64,000 nt of DNA. Origin: Rugamonas sp. GTDB taxonomy: Bacteria > Pseudomonadota > Gammaproteobacteria > Burkholderiales > Burkholderiaceae_D. Position numbers and translations under genes: made by a program. Positions 37,600 through 46,217 of this stretch are shown here, piece after piece. A model generated the notes under the pieces. It made no database searches. It worked only from the letters and a program-made list of their open reading frames with translations, and had not been told where the DNA came from. The stretch's first letter is position 1. Each line of letters begins with the position of its first letter. Location: assembly GCF_025354735.1 (NCBI RefSeq), contig NZ_JANXMI010000237.1, positions 3,978-67,977 on the forward strand. The letters run 5' to 3'.

Positions 37600-38892
37600 A
37601 TGAAAATAGCTGTTGTAGGCGCCGGAATTTCCGGCCTCGCTTGCGCGCACCGGCTGGTCCGGGCCGGCCATGACGTGGTTTTATATGAGGCCGACGACTA
37701 TTTTGGCGGCCACAGCCACACCGTCGATGTCACCTTCGACGGCATCACGCACGGCTTCGACACCGGTTTTTTAGTCTTTAATCACCACACCTATCCCGAG
37801 TTGACGGCGCTGTTCCAGGAACTGGGCGTACAGAGCACCGCCAGCGAAATGACGTTCTCGGTCAAGCTGCCCGTCGGCGGCCGCATGCTGGAATGGGCCG
37901 GCGGCAATCTCGATCAAGTCTTCACACAGCGCCGCAATCTGGTCAGCCTGCCGTTTTTGCGCATGTTGCGTGATATTTTGCGCTTTAATCGCGCCGCCAG
38001 CGCGCTCGCGCTGACCGGCCCGGCATCGGCAGCGGAGCCCGGCCCCACGCTGGGCGACTATCTCGACCGGCACGGCTACGGCGCCCAGTTCCGCCACTGG
38101 TATCTGCTGCCGATGGCGGCTTGCATCTGGTCCTGCCCGGCCGAGCAGATGCTGGCCTTTCCGCTGTCGACTTTCGTGCGTTTCTGCCACAACCATGGCC
38201 TGTTGCAGGTGAGCGGCCGGCCGCAATGGCGCAGCGTCGCCGGCGGCTCGCGCAACTATGTCGAGCAACTGCTGCTGGGCATACCGGAGCGGCGCCTGGC
38301 CAGCCCGGTGCTGGCCGTGATCCGCCACGGCCGGGGCGGCGCGCGCGCGGTCGGCGTGGTGACGGCCGACGGCGAGGCACAGTACGATGAAGTGGTGCTG
38401 GCCTGTCACAGCGACCAGTCGCTGGCGCTGCTGGCCGATGCCGGCGACGAGGAGCGCGCGCTGCTGGCGAGCGTGCGCTACCAGCCCAACCGCGCCGTGC
38501 TGCACACCGATACCAGCTGCCTGCCCGCCAGGCGCAAGGCCTGGTCGGCCTGGAATTACCAGGGCAGCGGCGGCGACGATCCGCGCGTCTGCGTGCATTA
38601 CCTCATCAACCAGCTGCAGGTACTGCCGTTCACGCAGCCGGTGATCGTCTCGCTCAATCCCATCACCGCGCCCGATCCGGCCACGGTGCTGGGCCGGTTC
38701 GACTATGCCCATCCGGTGTTCGACGCGGCCGCCGTGGCCGCGCAGCGCCGCCTGCCGGCATTACAGGGCCGCGGCCACACCTGGTTCGCCGGCGCGTGGA
38801 CCGGTTACGGCTTCCACGAAGACGGTTTGAAATCGGGCTTGCGCGTGGCCGACGCCTTGATCGCCAGGGGCGAGGTGCGCCATGCCGCTTGA
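37600..38892 (+). CDS. NAD/FAD-dependent oxidoreductase (amine oxidase / phytoene-desaturase-like; UfaD-like)
   Basis: 430 aa. MKIAVVGAGISGLACAHRL...VLYEADDYFGGHSHT dinucleotide-binding fold. First gene of the operon. Confidence 0.8.
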   Translation: MKIAVVGAGISGLACAHRLVRAGHDVVLYEADDYFGGHSHTVDVTFDGITHGFDTGFLVFNHHTYPELTALFQELGVQSTASEMTFSVKLPVGGRMLEWAGGNLDQVFTQRRNLVSLPFLRMLRDILRFNRAASALALTGPASAAEPGPTLGDYLDRHGYGAQFRHWYLLPMAACIWSCPAEQMLAFPLSTFVRFCHNHGLLQVSGRPQWRSVAGGSRNYVEQLLLGIPERRLASPVLAVIRHGRGGARAVGVVTADGEAQYDEVVLACHSDQSLALLADAGDEERALLASVRYQPNRAVLHTDTSCLPARRKAWSAWNYQGSGGDDPRVCVHYLINQLQVLPFTQPVIVSLNPITAPDPATVLGRFDYAHPVFDAAAVAAQRRLPALQGRGHTWFAGAWTGYGFHEDGLKSGLRVADALIARGEVRHAA

Positions 38893-39697
38893 TCCGCTTG
38901 AGTCACCTGCGCCGCAGCCGCGCCACGTGGCGGCCGTGCCGCAGCTGTGCTTCGGCCAGGTGCGCCACAAGCGCCTGCGGCCCGTGGTCCACGCCTTCCA
39001 GTACGGCGTCTATTTTTTGCGGCTGCCCTTGCGCAGCATGGGCGAGCGCGATTTCGACGCGCGCCTGATGTCGCGCAACGGCCGCAATCTGCTGTCCTTC
39101 CGCGACAGCGATCATGGCGACGGCCGCCAGCCCCTGCTGCAATGGATAGACGGCCTGCTGGCGGCCGAAGGCGTGCGCGACGCCGACGGCGAAATCTGGT
39201 TGCAGACCATGCCGCGCGTGCTGGGCTATGTGTTCAATCCCGTTTCGTTCTGGTTTTGCCACCGCCGCGACGGCGCCCTGCGCGCGGTGCTGTGCGACGT
39301 CCGCAACACCTTCGGCGAGCGCCATTTCTATCTGCTCGACAGCGGCGCGGCGATCGCCTCCGGCGCCGAGCTGCGGGCCAAAAAAATCTTCCACGTCTCG
39401 CCGTTCTGCGCGGTACTGGGCGAGTACCGCTTCCGCTTCGTGCGCGCGCAGCGCCGGCACGAGCGCACGCTGGCCAGCATCGCCTACGCCGACGCCGACG
39501 GCGCGCTGCTGCAAACGAGTTGGTCCGGCGACGGCGCCGCCATCGGCGACCGCGCCGTCGCGCGCGCCTTCTTCACTTATCCGCTGATGACGGTCGGCGT
39601 CATGGTCCGCATCCATCTTCAGGCGCTGCGGCTTTGGCTGCGGCGCGTCCCCTTCTTTTCCAAACCCACGCCACCACAACAAAAGGTTAGCCGATGA
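38882..39697 (+). CDS. DUF1365-family protein (UfaO-like)
   Basis: 271 aa. CFGQVRHKRLRPVVHAFQYGVYFLRLPL and FNPVSFWFCH are typical DUF1365 patterns. 11-nt overlap with the upstream gene. Confidence 0.75.
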   Translation: MPLDPLESPAPQPRHVAAVPQLCFGQVRHKRLRPVVHAFQYGVYFLRLPLRSMGERDFDARLMSRNGRNLLSFRDSDHGDGRQPLLQWIDGLLAAEGVRDADGEIWLQTMPRVLGYVFNPVSFWFCHRRDGALRAVLCDVRNTFGERHFYLLDSGAAIASGAELRAKKIFHVSPFCAVLGEYRFRFVRAQRRHERTLASIAYADADGALLQTSWSGDGAAIGDRAVARAFFTYPLMTVGVMVRIHLQALRLWLRRVPFFSKPTPPQQKVSR

Positions 39698-40938
39698 CGT
39701 CCGATTCCCTGCAAGCGCTCACGCGCACATCCCACGCATCCCACGCCGCCCACGCGGACCATGACAGCCTGCCCGGCGCCGCCCGGATCATCTTGAGGAT
39801 GCTGGCTTGCCTGAAGCACGGCGCGCTGCGGCTGACGATGCCGGACGGCGCTTGCCGAACTTTCGGCGACGGCTCCGCGCCGGTCGCGCTGGAACTGAAA
39901 AACTGGAACCTGTGCGGCGCCGCGCTGCGTTCGGGCGACATCGGCTTCGCCTCCTCCTTCATCGCCGGCGACTGGAGCACCGACAATCTGCCGGCGCTGA
40001 TCGAGCTGTTGGTACGCAACCGCGAGCAGATCGAGTCGCTGGTCTACGGCAGCTGGTGGGGCAGCCTGCTGTATCGCCTCAAGCATCTGCTGAACCGCAA
40101 TTCGCGCGCCGGCAGCCGCAAAAACATCCACGCCCACTACGACATCGGCAACGCCTTTTATCAATTGTGGCTGGACCCGACTATGACGTATTCGGCCGGT
40201 ATTTTCCGTCCCGAAGATGGCGGCGATTTGCAACTGGCGCAGATGGCCAAGTACCGCCGCATCATCGCGCAGCTGCGCTTGCAGCCCGATGCGCTGGTGC
40301 TGGAAATCGGCTGCGGCTGGGGCGGATTCGCCGAGACGGCCGTGCGCGAGGCCCAAGCCCACGTCACCGGCCTGACCCTGTCGCAAGAGCAGCTCGACTA
40401 CGCGCAGCGGCGCGTCGCCGACGCCGGCTTCGCCAACGAGGCGCACCTGCAATTGCGCGACTACCGCGACTGCAACGGCCAGTACGACGCCATCGCCTCG
40501 ATTGAAATGTTCGAGGCCGTCGGCGAGCGTTATTGGGACAGCTACTTCGACTGCCTGGCGCGCAACCTGAAACGCGGCGGGCGCGCCTGCGTCCAGACCA
40601 TCGTCATCGACGACGCGCTGTTCGGCCGCTATCGCAAGGGCAGCGATTTCATCCAGCAGTATATTTTCCCGGGCGGGATGCTGCCGTCGCCGTCGGCCTT
40701 CCGCCTGCGCGCCGCGCTGCACGGCCTGTGCGTGGAAGACGAATTCAGTTTCGGCATGGACTACGCGGAGACGCTGCGCCAGTGGCGCGCGGCCTTCCAC
40801 GCGCGCCGCGCCGAGGTCGAGGCGCAAGGCTTCGACCGCGCCTTCATGCTGACGTGGGAATTCTATCTGGCCTATTGCGAAGCGGCTTTCCGCGCCGGCA
40901 ATACCGACGTCATGCAGTTCACGCTGGTGAAAAGCTGA
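39694..40938 (+). CDS. Cyclopropane-fatty-acyl-phospholipid synthase-family SAM methyltransferase
   Basis: 414 aa. NIHAHYDIGNAFYQLWLDPTMTYSAGIF, VLEIGCGWGGFAE, SIEMFEAVG. ATGA overlap with the upstream gene. Confidence 0.85.
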   Translation: MTSDSLQALTRTSHASHAAHADHDSLPGAARIILRMLACLKHGALRLTMPDGACRTFGDGSAPVALELKNWNLCGAALRSGDIGFASSFIAGDWSTDNLPALIELLVRNREQIESLVYGSWWGSLLYRLKHLLNRNSRAGSRKNIHAHYDIGNAFYQLWLDPTMTYSAGIFRPEDGGDLQLAQMAKYRRIIAQLRLQPDALVLEIGCGWGGFAETAVREAQAHVTGLTLSQEQLDYAQRRVADAGFANEAHLQLRDYRDCNGQYDAIASIEMFEAVGERYWDSYFDCLARNLKRGGRACVQTIVIDDALFGRYRKGSDFIQQYIFPGGMLPSPSAFRLRAALHGLCVEDEFSFGMDYAETLRQWRAAFHARRAEVEAQGFDRAFMLTWEFYLAYCEAAFRAGNTDVMQFTLVKS

Positions 40939-40940
40939 CC

Positions 40941-41546
40941 ATGCGGCGCCGCGCGCAGGCATGGGGAGGGGCGGCGCTGCTGGCGCTGGCGGCCGCCGTA
41001 GCGCAGGCCGCGCCGGCATCGGCCACGGCGTCGGCATCAGCGTCGGCGTCGTCCACCGCGTCCGCGCCGGCGCTGATCGCGCAGCAGCTGCCGGACGCGC
41101 GGCTGGCCGGGCAGGGCGTGTACACCTGGTTCGGCCTGACGATATATCAGGCCCAGTTGTGGGTGGGGCCGCAGGGCTATCGGGGCGCCGCGCCGGACGC
41201 GGCGCCGTTCGTGCTCGACCTGCGTTATGCGCGTACGCTCAACGGCCGCAAGATCGCCGACGCCAGCGCCGACCAGATGCGCAAAATCGGCGCTGGCAGC
41301 GAGGCCCAGCGCGCCGCGTGGCTGCAAGCGATGCGCGCCATCTTCCCCGATGTGACGGAAGGGATGCATATCAGCGGCGTCTATAGTCCCGGCGCCGGCA
41401 CCCGGTTTTATCTCGACGGCCGGCCGCTGGGCGAGGTGCCGGACCCCGCGTTCGCGCGCGCCTTCTTCGGCATCTGGCTGGACCCGGCCAGCACCGACGG
41501 CGACCTGCGGACCGCCTTGCTGCGCGACGCTGCGCCGTCGCCATGA
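40941..41546 (+). CDS. Secreted chalcone-isomerase-like (fatty-acid-binding fold) protein
   Basis: 201 aa from ATG 40941. Signal peptide plus an Ala/Ser-rich linker. LAGQGVYTWFGLTIYQAQLWV resembles the chalcone-isomerase-like family pattern. Confidence 0.6.
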   Translation: MRRRAQAWGGAALLALAAAVAQAAPASATASASASASSTASAPALIAQQLPDARLAGQGVYTWFGLTIYQAQLWVGPQGYRGAAPDAAPFVLDLRYARTLNGRKIADASADQMRKIGAGSEAQRAAWLQAMRAIFPDVTEGMHISGVYSPGAGTRFYLDGRPLGEVPDPAFARAFFGIWLDPASTDGDLRTALLRDAAPSP

Positions 41547-41662
41547 AGGCGCCAGCGAGGTCGCCGATGAAATTGCCGATGAAATTGCCGATGAAATTGC
41601 TAATGAAGTCGCCCGCGAGGTCGCCAATAAAGTCGCCGGCCATCGCGCCGCCGGCAGCGCCG
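41543..41662 (+). repeat. 12-nt periodic in-frame tandem repeat (three perfect gccgatgaaatt copies at 41563-41598 plus degenerate flanking units)
   Basis: Direct reading: gccgatgaaatt x3, then gctaatgaagtc. Flanked by gcgaggtcgcc(g/a)at(g/a)aa units. Confidence 0.8.
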
Positions 41663-42916
41663 GCGCTGTCGCGCGGCGGCCTGCTGTGGTACGGCCAGTT
41701 CGGTTTGCCGCTGGCGATGGTGGCGCTGCCGATCTATGTCTATGTGCCGCAGTTTTACGCCCTGCGCAGCGGCCTGACGCTGGCCGCGATCGGTGCCGTG
41801 CTGCTGGCGGCGCGGCTGGTGTCGGCCCTGATCGATCCGGCGCTGGGCTGGTGGATGGAACGCCGCCTGGCGCGCGGCGGCCGCGGTTACGGCGCCTGCG
41901 TGGCGTGGTCGCTGGCGCCGCTGCTGCTCGGCTTCGGCGCGCTGTTCCACCCGCCGGCGCTGGCCGGCGCGGCGGCGCTGGGATGGTTTTCGCTGTCGCT
42001 GCTGCTGGTGTATTTCGGCTTCGGCCTGGCGACGATCGCGCACCAGAGCTGGGGCGCGGCGCTGACCCAGCAAGCAGGCCCGCGCGCGCGCGTGACGGCC
42101 GCGCGCGAAGGCTGCGGCCTGCTCGGCGTGATGCTGGCGGCCGCCCTGGCCAGCGCCTACGGCTATGACGCGTTGTCGCTGGCCTTCGCCATCGCGTTGC
42201 TGGTCGGCGCGGCCGGCCTGCTGGCGCGCGCGCCCAAGCCGGCCCGCAGCCCGTCGCCGCCAGCCGCACGGCCGCGCGTCGCGCCGGCGTCGTCCTTGCT
42301 GGCGCCCTGGCGCGTGGCGCGCTTCCGCTCCCTGTACGCGGTGCTGATGTTGAACGGCGTGGCGGCGGCGATTCCGGCCACGCTGTTCCTGTTTTTCGTG
42401 CAGGACCGTTTGCGGCTGGGTGCCTATGCCGGCGCCTTCCTGGTGCTGTACTTCGCCTGCGCGGCGGCGTCGATGGCGGCGTGGGCGGCGCTGGCGCAGC
42501 GCATCGGTGAAGCGCGCGCCTGGCTGGCGGCGATGCTGCTGGCGGCCGGCGCGTTCGTGTGGGCCGCCGCGCTGGGCGCCGGCGACGCGGCCGGGTATGG
42601 CCTCATCTGCGCGCTGTCCGGCGCGGCGCTGGGCGCCGACCTGGCGCTGCCGCCGGCCCTGCTGGCCGGCGTGATCGCGCAGGCCGGCGACAGCGGCAAA
42701 CGCGAAGCGGCGTATTTCGGCTGGTGGAACTGGGGCGTGCAAATGAACCTGGCGTTGGCGGCGGGCATCGCGCTGCCGCTGCTGCAATGGTACGGCTACG
42801 CGCCCGGCACCCAGCACGGCGTGGCGGCGCTGTCGGCCGCGTATGCGCTGCTGCCGTGCGCCTTGAAACTGCTGGCGGCGCTGCTGTTGTGGCGCGCGCC
42901 GCTGCGCGACTGCTGA
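41543..42916 (+). CDS. MFS-type transporter with an N-terminal tetrapeptide-repeat tail
   Basis: 457 aa, about 12 hydrophobic segments. ATGA overlap with the upstream stop. N-terminus MKAP ARSP MKLP MKLP MKLL MKSP ARSP IKSP AIAP PAAP. Confidence 0.7.
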   Translation: MKAPARSPMKLPMKLPMKLLMKSPARSPIKSPAIAPPAAPALSRGGLLWYGQFGLPLAMVALPIYVYVPQFYALRSGLTLAAIGAVLLAARLVSALIDPALGWWMERRLARGGRGYGACVAWSLAPLLLGFGALFHPPALAGAAALGWFSLSLLLVYFGFGLATIAHQSWGAALTQQAGPRARVTAAREGCGLLGVMLAAALASAYGYDALSLAFAIALLVGAAGLLARAPKPARSPSPPAARPRVAPASSLLAPWRVARFRSLYAVLMLNGVAAAIPATLFLFFVQDRLRLGAYAGAFLVLYFACAAASMAAWAALAQRIGEARAWLAAMLLAAGAFVWAAALGAGDAAGYGLICALSGAALGADLALPPALLAGVIAQAGDSGKREAAYFGWWNWGVQMNLALAAGIALPLLQWYGYAPGTQHGVAALSAAYALLPCALKLLAALLLWRAPLRDC

Positions 42917-42966
42917 TATGCATCCGATGATATGTATCCGAATAATCGACCGATCCAGGAACCGCC

Positions 42967-43524
42967 ATGATTACTTTTAAAACCCACGCCGCACTGGCCG
43001 CCGCCGCGCTGCTGCTGGGCGCCTGTTCGTCGCCGGTGGCGCCGGAATTCTATGCGCAGCAAACGCCGGCGCTCGACATCGAACATTATTTCAACGGCAC
43101 GCTGGACGCGCACGGCATGTTCCAGGACCGCGGCGGCAAGGTCGCCAAGCGCTTCACGGTGCTGATGCACGGTCACTGGCAGGGCGGCACCGGCACGCTG
43201 GATGAGGACTTCCGCTACGCCGACGGCAGCCGGCAGCACAGGGTCTGGACGTTGCGCAAAACCGCGCCCGGCCACTACACCGGCACGGCGCCGGACGTGG
43301 TGGGCGAGGCCAGCGTGGTCGTCGCCGGCAATGCGATGCGGCTCAGCTACGTGCTGATGGTGCCGTCCGACGGCAAAACCTATAATCTCGATTTCGACGA
43401 CTGGCTGTACCTGATCGACGACCGCGTGATGCTGAACCGCGCCGCGATGAGCAAGTTCGGCTTTAGCCTGGGCAGCCTGACGGTGGCGTTCAACCGCCGC
43501 GGCGACGAGGACGGCGCGCCGTGA
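42967..43524 (+). CDS. DUF3833-family lipoprotein
   Basis: 185 aa. Lipobox LLLGAC. FNGTLDAHGMFQDRGGKVAKRFTVLMHGHWQGGTGTLDEDFRYADGS...W matches my recollection of the DUF3833 pattern. Confidence 0.65.
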   Translation: MITFKTHAALAAAALLLGACSSPVAPEFYAQQTPALDIEHYFNGTLDAHGMFQDRGGKVAKRFTVLMHGHWQGGTGTLDEDFRYADGSRQHRVWTLRKTAPGHYTGTAPDVVGEASVVVAGNAMRLSYVLMVPSDGKTYNLDFDDWLYLIDDRVMLNRAAMSKFGFSLGSLTVAFNRRGDEDGAP

Positions 43525-44291
43525 TGAATCCCAAGGTGGACGACTGGCGCGGCCGCCACGTGTGGATCATCGGCGCCTCCACCGGCATCGGCGCGGCCGT
43601 CGCCCGGCTGCTGATGGAGCGGGGCGCGCACGTGGCGGTGTCGGCGCGGCGCCAGCGGCTGCTCGACGCGATGATCGTGGGCCAGCCGCAGGCGCAGGCG
43701 GTGGCGCTCGACGTCACCGACCACGCCACCATCGTGCGCGCGCGCGACCGGATCATGGCGCGCTGGCCGCGCCTCGACCTGGTGCTGATCGTCGCCGGCG
43801 GCTACAACGAAATGCGCGCCGACAGCTTCGACCTGGTCGCGGCCAACCGCATGATCGACCTGAATCTGCGCGGCGTCTGCAACTGCCTCGACCTGCTGCT
43901 GCCGCTGCTGTTGCGGCAGGGCGCGGGCGGCATCGGCATCGTGTCGTCGGTGGCCGGTTACGGCGGCTTGCCGAAGGCGCTGGCCTACGGTCCGACCAAG
44001 GCGGCCCTGATCAATTTGTGCGAGTCGCTGTACTGCGATTTGCATGGGCGCGGGATCGCGGTCTATCAAATCAATCCGGGCTTCGTCGACACGCCGCTGA
44101 CGGCGGCCAACGACTTCGCCATGCCGGCCCTGATGTCGCCGCAGGCCGCCGCGCGGCAGCTGGTGCGCGGCATCGAGCGCGGCGCCTTCCACATCCATTT
44201 TCCCAAGCGATTTACCAATGTGATGCGGGTGATGCGGCTGCTGCCGTATCGTTGTTATTTCTGGCTGGTGCGAAAGGTGACCAAACTATGA
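43521..44291 (+). CDS. Short-chain dehydrogenase/reductase (SDR)
   Basis: 256 aa. WIIGASTGIGAAVA (cofactor motif), SSVAGY...AYGPTKAAL (YxxxK). ATGA-type overlap with the upstream gene. Confidence 0.85.
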   Translation: MMNPKVDDWRGRHVWIIGASTGIGAAVARLLMERGAHVAVSARRQRLLDAMIVGQPQAQAVALDVTDHATIVRARDRIMARWPRLDLVLIVAGGYNEMRADSFDLVAANRMIDLNLRGVCNCLDLLLPLLLRQGAGGIGIVSSVAGYGGLPKALAYGPTKAALINLCESLYCDLHGRGIAVYQINPGFVDTPLTAANDFAMPALMSPQAAARQLVRGIERGAFHIHFPKRFTNVMRVMRLLPYRCYFWLVRKVTKL

Positions 44292-44749
44292 ATCGGATGA
44301 CGGACATGACGATGAACCGGGACGACGACGCGGCCTTGCTGCGGCTGGTGCGCTTCTACGAGACGCTGACGCCGCAGTCGCTGGCCCGGCTCGACCACAT
44401 CTACGCCTTCGACGCGCGCTTCAAGGACCCGTTCAACGATGTGCGCGGACTGGCCGCGATCCGGCGCGTGTTCGAGCACATGTTCGCGCAGCTGCTGGAA
44501 CCGCGCTTCATCGTCACCACGCGCATGGCCCAGGGCGCGGACGCTTTTTTGGCGTGGGAGATGCAGTTCCGTTTCCGGCGCTGGGCCGGCACGCCGCAGG
44601 TGATACGCGGCGCCACCCACGTGCGCTTCGACGCCGACGGCCTGGTGCTGCTGCACCGCGATTACTGGGACGCGGCCGAGGAGCTGTATGAAAAGCTGCC
44701 GCTGCTGGGCCGCTTCATGCGGGTGCTGAAACGGGCCGTGAACCGCTAG
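44288..44749 (+). CDS. NTF2/SnoaL-like fold protein
   Basis: 153 aa from ATG 44288, overlapping the SDR stop. LVRFYETLTPQSLARLDHIYAFDARFKDPFNDVRG is an NTF2-like pattern. Confidence 0.6.
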   Translation: MNRMTDMTMNRDDDAALLRLVRFYETLTPQSLARLDHIYAFDARFKDPFNDVRGLAAIRRVFEHMFAQLLEPRFIVTTRMAQGADAFLAWEMQFRFRRWAGTPQVIRGATHVRFDADGLVLLHRDYWDAAEELYEKLPLLGRFMRVLKRAVNR

Positions 44750-44761
44750 CGCTGCGGCGCG

Positions 44762-45757
44762 TCAATCGGCGGCGATGCCCGACGGTCCGACGCGGCGCGC
44801 GTTCGGCGTGTTCGACATGCGGATCCGGATCAGGTGGCGCGCCGCGTCGGTGTAGGGCGAGCGGCCGTGCAGCGTGCGGTGGTTGTCGGCCCACAGCAGC
44901 GTGTCGTCGGGCAGCCGGTGCGAGAAACGCGGCGCGCTGTACTCGACCAGTTCATTGACCAGTTCCAGCGCGGCCCGCAGCGGCGCGCTGCCCAGGTCCG
45001 GCCGCGCCGCCAGGCCCTTGCAGATCGAGTCGTAGCGCCAGCGCATGGCCCAGCCGCCGTCTTCGCCGTCGGGCCGGTGGAACACCGGCGCCAGATGGTA
45101 TTCCAGCTGCTCGTCGCTGGCCGCGTACACCGACGGCACGCGGAACGGCACCGAGGCGGCGCACAGCAGCGTGAACGCGGCGCGCCCGGCGGCGCTGCGG
45201 GCCAGCGCGCGGACGATGTCGTCGACGTCGATCAGCAGCGAGGCGCCGCCCTGGCAGCGCGCCGCCTTCACCACGTACAGCATGAATTGTTCCTCCGGCA
45301 TGGGATAGAAGGAGGAGTCGGTGTGCATGTCGGCGCCGCCGACGCGCTCGGAAAACGTGGTGAAGCGCGACTGCGCTTCGTGGGCCGGGCGGGCCCGCAC
45401 GTCCCACGCGACGCGGCCGGTGCGCTGGTCGGTCGACGTCGGGAAGCCGCGCGTGAGCGCGATCGCATACAGCACGGCGTTGCGGTCGGCCTCGGCTAGC
45501 GCGCCCAGTCCGAGGCCGGTGATGGCCAGGCCGCGCGCGCCGCTGGCGCCGATGGCGCGCGCCAGTCCGGCCAGCGCCGGCACGGCCAGCAACTCGCGTT
45601 GCAGACTCTCCTCGCGGGGGTGGGGATAGAAGCCGTTGCCGTTGAAATCGTCGAAATGATGACGCACGATGGCGATCACGCGGGCCAGGTCGTCGCCCCA
45701 TTTCAGGTTGGCGGGCAGGATGAAAATCGGGGAGGAAGTGGCGGTGGTCGGGTGCAT
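44762..45757 (-). CDS. TauD/TfdA-like Fe(II)/2-oxoglutarate dioxygenase family protein
   Basis: 331 aa from the inner ATG. HTDSSF (HxD facial-triad part), and NHRTLHGRSPY (distal His plus Arg). Confidence 0.6.
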   Translation of the reverse strand: MHPTTATSSPIFILPANLKWGDDLARVIAIVRHHFDDFNGNGFYPHPREESLQRELLAVPALAGLARAIGASGARGLAITGLGLGALAEADRNAVLYAIALTRGFPTSTDQRTGRVAWDVRARPAHEAQSRFTTFSERVGGADMHTDSSFYPMPEEQFMLYVVKAARCQGGASLLIDVDDIVRALARSAAGRAAFTLLCAASVPFRVPSVYAASDEQLEYHLAPVFHRPDGEDGGWAMRWRYDSICKGLAARPDLGSAPLRAALELVNELVEYSAPRFSHRLPDDTLLWADNHRTLHGRSPYTDAARHLIRIRMSNTPNARRVGPSGIAAD

Positions 45758-46217
45758 GCAAAGCTCCAATAAATTTCCGTATGGCAATACTAGTGCGCAA
45801 TGTTACACCGTTTTAAGGCGGCCGGCCGGCGTCGATGCTGCGTTGCAGCAGGCGCGCCGCGGCCGCCGTCGACGCCCCGCCCATAGTGAAAACAAGTTTG
45901 CTCAGGCATCGATTTTTCGTCAATACTATGCAAAACTATCTTTTGATAGGAATGCTTATTACTTTTATGTCGAAGTAAAAAGTTAATTGTTTCTGCATAA
46001 AATGATGTGAAGGGCATGAAAAGCTGTGTTTTATTCTGTTTAGGACAGAATTGGAAAAACACCGGTTTACACTCTACAAACGGTAATTTAGTGAAGATGT
46101 ATTTGCTAACTTTTGGTCATTATTTCTTATTTAAAAGTCTATAAGCTTTCCTTTCTGCAAAAAATATTGCGTTGCGATAGAATCTTGCCTCATGGAAAAA
46201 CTAACGGAGTAATTTAG

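Noticed and set aside
41371-41643. Minus-strand ORF reading the 12-mer repeat as GDFIGNFIGNFIGNFIGD
   Set aside because: The plus-strand frame is ATGA-coupled to the upstream gene and continues into a 12-TM transporter. The minus-strand ORF has no start context and overlaps two supported genes.
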